Of a stretch of DNA of 64,000 bases, positions 27,836 to 41,169 are shown piece by piece. Origin of the DNA: Azolla caroliniana (taxonomy: Eukaryota; Plantae; Polypodiophyta). The stretch's first letter is position 1; each line of letters begins with the position of its first letter. Location: NCBI GenBank assembly GCA_043228905.1, contig JBHGNT010000005.1, positions 22,258,001 to 22,322,000 of the forward strand, written 5' to 3'. The notes beneath the pieces were generated by a model. It was not told where the DNA came from. It did not search any database and saw nothing but the letters and a program-made list of their open reading frames with translations. The translations under genes were made by a program, and so were the position numbers.

Positions 27836-28046
27836 CACATACCTCAATTCTATTTTATCTATCTCTTGCATGCGGATTATACCTCTAGTTCTCTAATGTG
27901 CCAGAGAGTGAGTGTGTTTGGTACATCATCTAGGTTTATATTTGGAGAATGTGTGAAAAATCACTACTAAGCTCCACACTACTATGTGAAAAATGTTTTG
28001 CTTTTGATACCATAAGTCATATTTGATCTCGAAACCCGATAATAAA

Positions 28047-28082
<36 letters not shown>

Positions 28083-30289
28083 TTCTTTTCATACATATAT
28101 CCATGCATCCTAGTCATATCTTACTAATTCCACAACTTTACGAGTGTATTTAGTCAATTATTTTACCGATTAGTTTTCGAAAATTCTTAGCTTAGCCTCT
28201 CCCCTACAAGATAATGCCAACATTTGTAAGATTCATAGAAATGAAGAAATATAACCACCTATACCTCCTCAAAGTGAGCACTATCTTTTGAATTTGATAG
28301 TGTAAAAATTGGCAATTCGTGGTGGTTGGGATGAACAATCACATAGACATTGGCACGAATCAACATTATCTAGTTATACCAAATGTTTGCTATGGTGGTT
28401 TGGTCCCCACCTTATTCGAAACTTGATAAGGATTTCAATAGATTTGTCTCCTCAAATTTGGCGCAATGCACTCACTAATAATAGAATAGGGGAAAACTAT
28501 CATTTCTTTAAAAAAGTAGATGAATGTGCATCTTGTAGAAACATCATTTTCCCCTTCGAACTCCCGTGAGGACAAATGTGATAACATTTAGTGAATATCT
28601 TGACAATTCATTGTATCTCACTAGATGTAGGTGGTATAAGGAGGAAATCATGATTTTCAGGGAAACTTAAACAAATTTAGCATTCAAATTTTTCATGGGG
28701 TTCCAACCATGTGGAATGGTATATGTATATATTTCTTGGTATATAGTCTCTTCCCCCTCTCTCTTACACACATGCATACATCCTTTTCAATCTCACCCAA
28801 AATATTATGCACGTGTATACGAGAATATATGTGTAACTTGTAAGTATCTCACTTTCAAATTGGTTAACTATCCTTCAACTTTTATTTCACTACATGAGAT
28901 GGCATAGATTATCCCAATACCATGTGGATCACTAAAGTCATCGTTGCATTTAATTGCGCATGGAAAGAGTAAAGAAACATCGTGACATTTAAAAAAAACA
29001 CATGCATGTATGTGTCAAAGACAAATTGTGGCAAATGGGATTCAAAGTGTGTATTATTGTACAATATGAAAGAAGGTGTCTCCACAGTGATATAATGAAT
29101 GTACAAAATAAATTGTTTCCATAGGCTTATTTGTTCCTTTTGGACTCCCTCGCATAACATTAACCCTAGCTAGGTCTATATTGGTCCACAAAATTCGACC
29201 AACATAGAGTGTGAAGCATAAATAATGGAGGCACTGGGTCTCCACCTGCTAGGCTGCTAACCTACATAAAGACACTATTGTCTATTTATTTGGACCACTC
29301 GTGTTTGCTATCCTTTTGCTTCCACTAATAGAGCACCTTTTGTTCAATTTCTTGTGCTTCACAAGTCTCTCTCTCATCCCAAATGTTGTGTGACAAAGTT
29401 TACACTAATAACAATCAACTCAATTCACACCATCCTACTCAAACATCTATATCGATGCTACTACAAATTGCCCCGACACAACTACAATATTCATCCACCT
29501 AATTCTAGAAAATACATATGCCATCCACAAAACTTTCTAGCATGATCCTTCTTATTGATTTTCCTATGCATATTTAGTTTTAGAAGTTGACCAATGAAAT
29601 TGTATAACCATTTATATACTCAACGATAGCAACGATAGCTCCACGAACTTGCCATGAAAAGAAATCTCATTTGTAGCTTCTCCTTAGGACTAGGAGCTTC
29701 ACATTATTTGTTTGATGTGAATTCAATGGGCTTGGTATGTATGAGACACCACACAATAATAATGCTAAATTACTTTGTACATGAAATATTGCATGTTTGC
29801 TTATACATGGGACCTCATGCAATGATAATACTAAAACAATTTTGTTTGACTTGAGACATCATGCAATGATAGCGCATATCAGAATCCACTACAGTGAAGG
29901 AAGAAAATCAACGACAATTTTGTGAATAATGTGATAAGACTATAGAGCAACAAAGTTGCAAAACTTGATGATGAAATATTTGGTGATACTATGCAAAAGT
30001 AAGAGGGGTGTTTAGTATAGGACAAGTGATATATTATGTAACAAAATGTGTGAAAGTCAATATTTGAACCAAAGACTTGGGATTGATAACTTAATTTCTT
30101 TCCAATACGAAGAGGCAAAGTTACATATTTGTTAAACTTGTAGTTGATTATCGTACAAGGAGCTACAATTGATATTCCCACTTTGGAATATCCATTCTAA
30201 TTCCTTTAGTCTATATGTTTTTCTTGAAGAACTCCAATGGAGAATCTAACATAATTGTATGTAACATACCAATATGCATACCAATGGAG

Positions 30290-30355
30290 ATGATCACACT
30301 TGAACCATAACTTCATACTCGCAAAAAGTTGATTCTACCAATTGGGCTATGCCCT
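30290..30355 (-). other. tRNA-like Pol III A/B-box cassette (possible SINE head)
   Basis: A box TAGCCCAATTGG (30349-30338) and B box GGTTCAAGTG (30306-30297), 31 nt apart. No convincing cloverleaf. Confidence 0.5.
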
Positions 30356-33300
30356 AGTAGCATTTAAATTGGGCCATCCACAACCAAAATATGCATAACA
30401 TATCCTTATACAAACTAGCACATATAAAGCATGAGCATGGGCAAAAGTCTCTATATATGAGAAGATCAACTAAGAATTAGTGTTATATTAGAATTTAGAA
30501 CATTCAATTGAAAAAAAACCTTGGAGTAAAATCTCAGTTTTTTGTTTTGTTTGCAAAGTTGAGCACTTTTTGGTTTGCCAGGATTTAGGAAAGTAGATTA
30601 ACCTCTGTCACAAAGCAAACTTTGCCTAACATAAATTTGAATAATAGAATATGAGTATGCTTGGTCCCATTGAAAAGAGCGTCTCCACGACTTTTTCCAA
30701 GACACAAATGAGTCTTATCGAGGAGAACCTTACTAAGTGCTTCTTTTGTATGGAGCCATTGTTGATGAGTGACCTAATCACCCTACACAAAAGAATGATC
30801 TTTGCAGCTTCCATGAGAAAACAAGCATTTTCAATTGCGGAGAGTTGTGTGAAGAATGTCAACTTATGTGATCATCTTGTTGGAGGTTTCATCAGGGGTT
30901 TCCCATCACTTTCTTTGTTGCTTCTTTTTACGAGAATTGATCACTTGTATATAAATCAAACTTATTTACATATGTACCCAAAAGTAAATTTGGTGGTATT
31001 TTTCGAAACAAGAATGAATTATACCTCATCATGTATGACATATATGTGGTGCAGTTGACTCTATGTTCATATATATATTGATATATATTGGGTAGATTGA
31101 AAGGTATAATAGGATATATACTATTGTTCTATAACTGTTCAAGTCCATGTTGTGTTTTGCTTATCATATCGACATGAGGAAGAGATGGAGAGGGAGGGGG
31201 ATCCACCAAAAACGATGAAGTCTTAATAAACACATGATAGATTAGTTATGTATGTATTCATATCAAAATACTAATTTTTTTCCTAGTCAAAAGTAAAAAA
31301 GGCTTGAGGATGTGTTGGTCAATATATATAAACATAGTTGCAAATTCATATCATGCAATGAAAGAAGCACGCGCAACACTTTCTTCTTTTTTCTCCCAGA
31401 TCGGCCCCATGATAGAAAACCTTCTCGATGGAAAAGGTATCATTGTTGTTTTGATTATATCTAGAGGAAGAAAGAAATTGATCAAAGACGAAGAGATACA
31501 AGAGAGCGTGATGTTATTTTGGATGTGCGTTTTTAGATTATGGGTTGTTTTTTTATAATAAACATAACATCAAATCCATTGCAAAAAACTTGAATCCATT
31601 GCACGCCATTAATGATATGGTAAAACTCAAGGCATTAGCATGACACCCGTGTGAATTTTGATGATGTAACTTCTATGAAGAATACTTTGGAGAGACGTCT
31701 AAATTTCTTATATGACATATAAAGACAATGCTTTCACATAGTGCTTTTTGAAGTATTATAAGTGTTTGATTGTTAAAGTTGACACACATAAAAGAGAGAA
31801 AAAGCTTTAATATATTGGTGAATACTCGTGCACTACACTTCCCACAACTTTCCGACAATGTGACATTGGCATTGATAGCAAAGGGACAAGTCTAGAGGCA
31901 AGGAAAAAGGGCCAAATGACAAAAACAAAGAAACGAAGCTCGTTAGGGCATTAGACTCTGAAAGGGACCAAATAATATAAAAAACTGTGAACATCACTTT
32001 TAGTGCTCTTTTGAGCTTCATCACTCTTTTATTCCTAGCTAGAGCCTTGGTCTTGGTCTTGGTCTTGACTTCTCTCCCCCTCTCTTTATCCATTCATTCT
32101 CTTTCATTGCCAAAGGACCACATCACTAGAACAACATGATAGTGTGTCTATTTTTGTATATTCTAAAATTAGAAATCAAGAGGGTTATTTTGAGTACTTG
32201 AATGCTTAAATGAGACATGTAAGATAAAAACTATACGCGCAAAACAAGCTAAAGTAGAATTGTACATTGATGGAGCATATACTAAACATTTCTTGTAAAA
32301 CTTTGATATAACACCCAACATGGCTCGAAGGGCCTCAAAGATTGTTGATGAGATGCTAGAGCATTCCGATGGAAGCTCATATTCCTTGTCCATTGAAACA
32401 ATTACCATCATGTGTGTGTGTCTTTACAAGAAGCAATGATAAAATTGCAAAATGAAGTAAATGTTCGTAATGAGAGGGAAAGTGTGCTTCAACATGCAAT
32501 GGATATTAAATATTTGAAAGGAGAGTTTCTTGCTATGACACTAATACAAACTTAGGGCCATAACAATGCAAAAACACATCGATATGGCAGTGGATACCAG
32601 TGCCGCTTATGCACCGTCGTCGTGCAATGCAATTAGCAACGCGTTTTGAATATGTAAGCACTTTAAGGAACAAATTATGAATAATAGTAATATATATATA
32701 TATATATATATATCGTTACTATTATTTATAATTTGTTCTTTAATAAAAGTGTTTTTTTTAAATATTATGTCTTTAATGGAAACTTTTTAATTTCAAAATT
32801 TCTACAATGCATGTTGTTGTAAGGTTGGTATGTCGATATGTATATTTGTATGTTGGAATGACCATGTTGTTGTTGTAGGGTTTTGTACCTTATCCCCATG
32901 TTGTTGCATGTCAGTTTTTATATGGACATTGGATACTATGCGTGATAAGTTATAACAAGAAAGAGAGAAGGATCTTGAAATGGTCAAGATCATCATCTAG
33001 GTTTTATCAAAATTTATATAGCATAACAAAATTGACTTTCTACCGATTGACCTCAATTACATTAAAAGTGAGCGGAAAGTCCAATACTTCAAGTGCACAA
33101 ACTTGGAATAAGAGGAATATCATATACTAGGAAGGATAACTAACATATTTGCATCCTCTGGCCACACCATGGATAATTGTCTTGGCACAATCATTGGCAT
33201 AAGTTACTCGAAAAAGTTGGTAGAATCCTCATTTGTTCACATTCATGCATGTAGATATATGCAAATAGAAACCTCTTAGAGGATATTGTTTTATAGAAGC

Positions 33301-33506
33301 ACATTTGTTTCCATGTAGCTTGCATTGATCCATCAAATCACATTATGTACTTCCATACCATGCATTCATGTATATAAATAATACATATACATATGGAGAC
33401 ATATATATGGTCAAGATGCACCCATAGCTTTTGTAAGTTCAAGTTCCCATGCCATCATCACAAAGACTTCATTCATAGATTTATACTCATATATAAGACT
33501 AGGTAG

Positions 33507-34166
33507 GGTGGTAGCGTGTTCCAATGTGATGGGGTGAGACCTGGCACAAATTCTGAATTTTTTGAGGAGATTTGGCTTACAATGGCGTGCTTATCGGTCT
33601 GACACATTTGGACTAGGCGATGTAAGTTTGTTTTTCAGCAGCAAAAGCTCTCATGTGGTGAGGTGATGTTAAATATTTGATTTGAGCTAGTGGCCTAGTT
33701 GCGCAGACGGCATGACTCGATTAAGGGGGAATTAGATGAAGGGGAAAGGGCAAGATCAAAGTTCTTGTTGAAATGGGGTGGGTGGTTCTCCCATGATGGT
33801 CAAATCTTCGATGAGGCCCAAGTGGAACTACCAGGCGCCTAGGTGGTTGTTTCCGCCGACAACTCCCAATATTGTTCATGGGATGTAAATATGTATGTAT
33901 AGCTGGAGCACAAGTGGGTTAGCATAGTCGTGTTACCTAGATATCTTTGTTATAAAAGAGTTCGTAGGGATAAGTAGAGTCAGGGTTAAATGGGGCTTAT
34001 TTTAGTTTTGTTGGAGATAGGGGTTGCATGAGTTTTTTATTATTTTCGTACTAGTTCTAGAGTTGTTCCTTCGGGTTGTATATTCTGATCCCACTGTGGA
34101 TTCAGGTTGAACTCTATGTATTCTGTTTGCTAACTAATGCGAAGTAGTGTTTTTTTGGAGAAAAAA
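33507..34166 (+). mobile_element. 5'-truncated L1 (ORF2 C-terminus and 3' UTR)
   Basis: Translates to ..ARSKFLLKWG..KWNYQAPRWLFPP, homologous to 14921-15121. 12-bp TSD aagactaggtag at 33495-33506 and 34167-34178. Has a poly-A tail. Confidence 0.9.
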
Positions 34167-35638
34167 AAGACTAGGTAGAGCAATGCATGCATAGGTATGT
34201 ATGCAAACAAAAACACAAGCATAAGACTTCATTTTTACACTTCCCAAACTAAACAATGTGGATTCCACTGTGAACAATATTCTGATCCCACTGTGGATTC
34301 AGGTTGAACTCAATGTATTCTGTTTGCTAACTAATGCGAAGTAGTGTTTTTTTGGAGAAAAAAAAGACTAGGTAGAGCAATGCATGCATAGGTATGTATG
34401 CAAACAAAAACACAAGCATAAGACTTCATTTTTACACTTCCCAAACTAAACAATGTGGATTCCACTGTGAACAATATTCTGATCCCACTGTGGATTCAGG
34501 TTGAACTCTATGTATTCTGTTTGCTAACTAATGCGAAGTAGTGTTTTTTTGGAGAAAAAAAAGACTAGGTAGAGCAATGCATGCATAGGTATGTATGCAA
34601 ACAAAAACACAAGCATAAGACTTCATTTTTACACTTCCCAAACTAAACAATGTGGATTCCACTGTGAACAATATTCTGATCCCACTGTGGATTCAGGTTG
34701 AACTCTATGTATTCTGTTTGCTAACTAATGCGAAGTAGTGTTTTTTTGGAGAAAAAAAAGACTAGGTAGAGCAATGCATGCATAGGTATGTATGCAAACA
34801 AAAACACAAGCATAAGACTTCATTTTTACACTTCCCAAACTAAACAATGTGGATTCCACTGTGAACAATATTCTGATCCCACTGTGGATTCAGGTTGAAC
34901 TCTATGTATTCTGTTTGCTAACTAATGCGAAGTAGTGTTTTTTTGGAGAAAAAAAAGACTAGGTAGAGCAATGCATGCATAGGTATGTATGCAAACAAAA
35001 ACACAAGCATAAGACTTCATTTTTACACTTCCCAAACTAAACAATGTGGATTCCACTGTGAACAATATTCTGATCCCACTGTGGATTCAGGTTGAACTCA
35101 ATGTATTCTGTTTGCTAACTAATGCGAAGTAGTGTTTTTTTGGAGAAAAAAAAGACTAGGTAGAGCAATGCATGCATAGGTATGTATGCAAACAAAAACA
35201 CAAGCATAAGACTTCATTTTTACACTTCCCAAACTAAACAATGTGGATTCCACTGTGAACAATATTCTGATCCCACTGTGGATTCAGGTTGAACTCTATG
35301 TATTCTGTTTGCTAACTAATGCGAAGTAGTGTTTTTTTGGAGAAAAAAAAGACTAGGTAGAGCAATGCATGCATAGGTATGTATGCAAACAAAAACACAA
35401 GCATAAGACTTCATTTTTACACTTCCCAAACTAAACAATGTGGATTCCACTGTGAACAATATTCTGATCCCACTGTGGATTCAGGTTGAACTCTATGTAT
35501 TCTGTTTGCTAACTAATGCGAAGTAGTGTTTTTTTGGAGAAAAAAAAGACTAGGTAGAGCAATGCATGCATAGGTATGTATGCAAACAAAAACACAAGCA
35601 TAAGACTTCATTTTTACACTTCCCAAACTAAACAATGT
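34081..35638. repeat. Tandem array of 8 x 197-bp units (LINE 3' end plus flank)
   Basis: Unit starts at 34081, 34278, 34475, 34672, 34869, 35066, 35263 and 35460; copies near-identical. Confidence 0.97.
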
Positions 35639-35911
35639 AGTGCCAAGATATGGTGAATTTGAAAAATATTAGAGCTAGTTTTATACCTTCTTGGCATCTT
35701 CTTGCATACCAACAGATGCAAATATATTAACTATAAATATTTAACCTACAAAACAACAGGTTGCCTAAAAGAAAAGGAAATTTATATTGAGTCAATGTTT
35801 TGACAGTAAAGGTCAAGATTCCTAGAAAATTTAGCCCATGCAACGAAGTAAAGTCTGATGAAATGACAACCCTAGACAAAACATCATTTGTGGTTGTTTA
35901 CTTCCTAGAAA

Positions 35912-36322
35912 GGACAAAACATGCAGCCATCCTTTCATAGCCCATGAAGGCACGAAGAATATTGTAGAAAACAAAATGGGAATCATTAGCATAAACATGC
36001 ATAACTTCAAAAAAATTGTATGATTTTATATGAAACACACACAAAATGATTGTCACGAAATCTTGATGGTAACCACTATGATGCTCAAAACAAATTAGAC
36101 TTTACATTCAGCCTTGAATGACAAGCACATCGAACTCAAGTAAAGGAATATAATTTGACCAAACCTTGCCAAATGGATTAGTCACACTATCATGAAACAC
36201 AAGGGTTTGGTATTTTCCTTGGACAAAACATGTAGCCATCCTTTGATAGCCCATGAAGGCACTAAGCATATTGTAGAAAACAATATGGGAATCATTAGCA
36301 TAAACATGCATAACTTCAAAAA
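35912..36322. repeat. Diverged duplication of about 100 bp
   Basis: 35912-36013 resembles 36221-36322 (ggacaaaacatg...cataacttcaaaaa). Confidence 0.8.
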
Positions 36323-37749
36323 CAAATTATGGCATATCACCTTATTCAACAAAAACATTATGTGATTTCGCTTGCTATTTTCTTTTAAGTTCTTTTCAAG
36401 ACATCAAATCTTGTCACTTGAGAATCTCTTGCATCCAATACCTTCAAAAAAGAGATTGGAGGAAAAGATGATATACATCCAATATATTGATGTATAGACA
36501 CAGATTATTGGAAAAGACATTACACATCTCATATATATGAATTACATAAAATTAATCGATCACTTTATAAAGCTCATGCCAAGCGTGCTTTACTTTGGCC
36601 CTTGTCAAACATATTATTCTTCACAATCGAACCATCAACCTCCTATATCATGACAAAGGGTCATGTCAATGCCATCTCCAAATATTATATAATTATAATA
36701 AAATACTTCTATGGTAAGAACTTATATGTTTAAAGTTCTCTCATTCTAGAAATCTCTGGAATGTTCTAGAAACTTCTGGAGTATGGTGCATTCTAGAAAT
36801 ATTTGAAAAGTTCTGGAAGCTTCTAGAGCATGCATGCACATGCAATGGTAAGAAACATGCAAAAATATGGAGCAAGATGAACAACTCCAATTACGAAATT
36901 ATAAGTACATTTCATTCTTTGTCTTTCAATATCTTCTCTTGTCTATATCTTATCTTTTATTTTACATTCATCGTTTACTTTCAGTTGTGATCTAACTATC
37001 CATGACACTTCATTCCCATATTTTTCTATATGCATCATTTTGAATTTAAGACTGCTCTTCCATGCGCAAGAAATAAATTTATTATGCATTCAATATATAT
37101 GCATGTGCTCAAACTTATGAAAATGCTTGCAAAGGTAAATGAAAAAATCAACAATTTCTTATTGTAATTCTACTGACATATTTTGTGTTAGATAAAAAAT
37201 GAAGATTCAACAAGAACAAATGCCAAAAATTTCTTCTCACATGCTTTCTATTGTTTGGAAACTTGTATATTTCTTAAATATGTATGAGGGAAGAACACTC
37301 AAACATATGAAAAACACAAGATACATATATGTATATGTATATGTATATGTAAGTATGCTTATGTGCATCTCTACGTATATATATGTGTGTATGCATGTGG
37401 TATTTACTTACCACGACAATAGGAGTCATATGTCAAATGCATCAAATGATCTCCTCTCATTGGGAATGTACCCATCAACTTTGTAGGTGTAAGCTTATTT
37501 GGTAGGATTGCATGGAGAACATGTGTTGTGCAGTTGTGGAAGGAAGAACCAACCCATAGGTCAAAGAAGAAGAAGAAGATGATGATGAAGTATTGAAGAA
37601 TGAGCTTTTGATGGAGAATCTCCTCTAGGGACAATCAAGGTAGAGGTCATTCCTTTGTCGAGGTGTGGTAGGTGGAGGCTTAATAGTGTTGAGGGCCATG
37701 GGAGTTGTTGTGTGACTGTGACTACCATTGACATAACTATTCAACGTTT

Positions 37750-39550
37750 CTATGCCTTCAAAGAGATTCGAACACTCATGAATGAGAGTCTTAAGTGAAT
37801 GGTTGCAAACTTGATGATGAGATTCAAGAATGTAAGAAAGCTTCATTAGAAACAAATTATTGTTTAAATAAGATTGACTTAACGGACGCACTAAAGAAGA
37901 AGAAAATGGACACAATGAGGCAAGATGTAAGTGAGATGAGAAATGCATGTGCAACAAAGTCATGGGCCAATGTATATGATGGGGATGTTGTATCAAACTC
38001 GTGTATTATGCATGTGATGAATCAAGATAAGAATGTAGAAAGCATAAATGTCCACGAATTGAAAGAATGTGAATGATGATCGGAGAATATTGTCATCCAT
38101 AGGGGATTAAAGATAAGTGTATCGAAACACATGTATCCCTCAAAAAGTTCATACGTGAGTTCTTTACTATGCATTATGGTATGTTAGATGTGAATGTGTA
38201 TAGGGCACACTGAGTTGGGAAACATGGTGTTGCTCATTCGGGAGAAATGCTAATTGGTCTTACATGTAAAAAAACACAATGAAAATAGTATAATTTACTA
38301 TATGCTAGTTTTCTAAGGTATTTTGGATCGCATACACAACTTGTTCCTTGGTAAATAGACATCGGAATCTGATCATAGGACTTTTTATGTATTGACCTTA
38401 AATGTATGAGTAGGTTTGATTGTGCAAAGTTGATTGAAGATAATAAACAACCTCATTTGAGGATGAACCTTAAATGAGCCCATGTATTCCAAGATGGTTG
38501 AGGATATGTTACAAATGATAAAGATATACCATGGTGACACACTAGAATGGAAATGGGAAGCTTTCAAGAAAATCATTTTCTCATGCACAAGAAAAAATGG
38601 TTTGATAAAGAATGTCATGAAACTCAAAAGTGCCTTACGAGTTTGGAAGTAGTCAAGGATTTAAAAGAAAATTACTTTTATTGTATGTGAATCATGTAGT
38701 TCTTTTTGCAATACCTTAGGAGAGGCGCAAAAGCTTATACGGGCACTGGGAGATTTTTTCATGCATTTAAATTAAGTTTCAACAACTCTAAAACAAAGAC
38801 TATACTAAAAACAAAAAATAGGCCATGCATTATGTATTATAATGAGATACTTGAAATTGTGGAAAGCTTCAAACACCTTGGCCGTGAAGTTCATTCAAAT
38901 CGTAGCTGGAATGACAATACTACCCACCGCTTAGAGGCGGGAAAGAGGGCATATTATACATTTGAGAACACATGCAAACATGGGGAAATTTAAGTGTCAA
39001 GTCATCAAGAAATACCTTTTCAACACTTTGGTGAAAGTGGTGTTTCCCTATGGTGTGAAAGAATAGAGTAGTAACATCCCTAAGTCCTCTTGGAAATAGT
39101 TTTTAAATGTCCAAAAGCATTTTCTCACAAGAAACAAAAGTCATACACACTCGTACTTCATGAGATGGGATCACTTATGTCTCTTCAAGCTTTTTCTTTG
39201 GGCTTTCTTTTATTCATCTTTGGCACTAGCGATAGAGATCAACGTTATTTGTTCCCCCCCAAAGGAGTTGAGTTTTTAAATCCATGGGGAATCAAACTTG
39301 AGAACTCGACGAGCGAGCTAATGGTAAATCATGACCATGGAAAGGGTTGTTGAATACATGGTTAAGGTTCAAAAAAGTTCCTCACATCGACTTCCTAGAA
39401 TCGCATGGGAAGGGAAGCCAACAAAAAGATCCAAAACACACATACAAGGAAAATTTAATGTTTCGACTAAATGCAAGATATAAAAAAATGGTTTGGAAAA
39501 TGGGGTGCAACACATTTGGTTCACGATGCATCACTAGATTCCTTTATAAA
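37750..39550 (+). mobile_element. Highly decayed RTEX-like LINE (ORF1 remnant and RT C-terminus)
   Basis: Coiled-coil ORF1-like piece with KSWANV and NIVI.G. RT thumb LEIVESFKHLG, RLEAGKRAYY, LFNTLVK..PYG, and E.G motif related to the 15811-16623 element. Confidence 0.6.
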
Positions 39551-41169
39551 TGAGGCCTTTTTGCAACGTTAATGTATCATGAAGAGAAATGTGGAGGCTT
39601 GTGCTTCACACATTATACTACATATGTTTCAGCTAACAACAAAAACCATATTCTTTGCTGAACGGGGAAACCACACACATTCATACATGTTAGCACCTAT
39701 TTCCATTGTTAGCCATCCGAACCATTGCTTCCATGTGACTTAGCTCACACATTGTATGATGTGAGGCAGGGTGTTGGGGCACAAGTGATGAGAGTAGTAG
39801 ATTGATTATGCATTCTTTGTCCGAAACAAAGTTTGGGAGTGTGAGTATCACACTCTAATCCAATGTTATGGCTATGATCACATTCGACTATGCTTTCAAC
39901 ACATCTTCGACCAAACCCAATCCTTCCACCAGCTTTTTTCCCGGACTTACAATGTACACTCCCAATCGCAACATTCATCGGTAAAGTTCTTGAACATCTA
40001 GAGTGTTGCTACTCAATTTCGCATGCATTGCCTGAAATTGTAATATTTTCGGACTGATAGATTATGTTTGACCTCTGAAGCCATAATACAATGCATAATA
40101 CGTACTTGAATGCATTGACAAACATTCCTTTCATACGAATGCGTATGTTATCGAAAAACATTCTTGTGGTTTTTTTTTAACACTTTTTACCTTAACTTTC
40201 TTAGCTAAAAAAAAATATCGTACAAAATATATAATGAATACAGAACTATGGTATTTACCATACTTGGAGGGTGTTTACCATACTCGAATGGTTTGAAACA
40301 TTCTCGAATGCGAAGGCACGTATGGTGCATACTATGATACAATGTATCTATCTCTATCTATCTATGTATCTATCTGTCTATCTCATCCCTCTCTATATTA
40401 AGCGTTTAAGTCAATGAATTTGAACAAAAGGAATACAACTCTGTCACCACCATCATCATCATCATTATCATGTTCAGATCAGATCAGATCAGATTAAATA
40501 ACTCATTAGTGGAGCAAACAAGAGCACACTGAAACAGGGGAATCTTCTACCCAACAAGAACCTCAATTCTAACTCATTTCTAAATACAGCCCAATTTGTA
40601 AGTAAACTTGGCCTTGTTCTCTTCCCCACATCCATAGCTTCTCAGAGTAAGATGATGTTCTGTTCTCTCCACTTTCCTCGTTTTGATTCCTTCTTTGTTA
40701 CTTCCCCTTCGTAATTGTGTTCGTTTCCCCTTTCCTAATTTGGGCTTTTTCCCACTTTGGTCAGCGATTCTTCAAAGTTCTTTCTTCTTTTCCAAAATTT
40801 GGTTCTATTCCCCTTTTGTTCTGAGCTTCTTTGGCATTCCCAATTTGTGTATTATTCTCCCCTTTCTTTGAGCTTCTTTGAAGATCTGTTTTTTGCTTCC
40901 CTTTATGGGTTTTTTTGACCTTTTTCTCTTGGATTTTCTCACATTTTGGGTTTTTCCCATAACGTTTTGAAGGTGTTCCTTTCTTATCTATAGGGATTGG
41001 CCCCCATTTCGTTCTCATGATCTTTAAAGCTGTAACTACTCTTATTTTGGGTTTTCTTTCCCATTTTATCGTGAGCATCTTTTGAGCCTTCTAGTTTTGG
41101 GTTCTTTGATTCTTTAGACTTAAGATGAATTCTGTCTATTTTTTCTTTGTCGTCTTTTGGAAGAAAGCA

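Noticed and set aside
34081-35638. CRISPR array
   Set aside because: Whole units are identical with no unique spacers, there are no cas genes, and the context is eukaryotic.
36740-36830. LTR fragment suggested by TTCTAGAA repeats
   Set aside because: No termini, PBS or PPT could be located.
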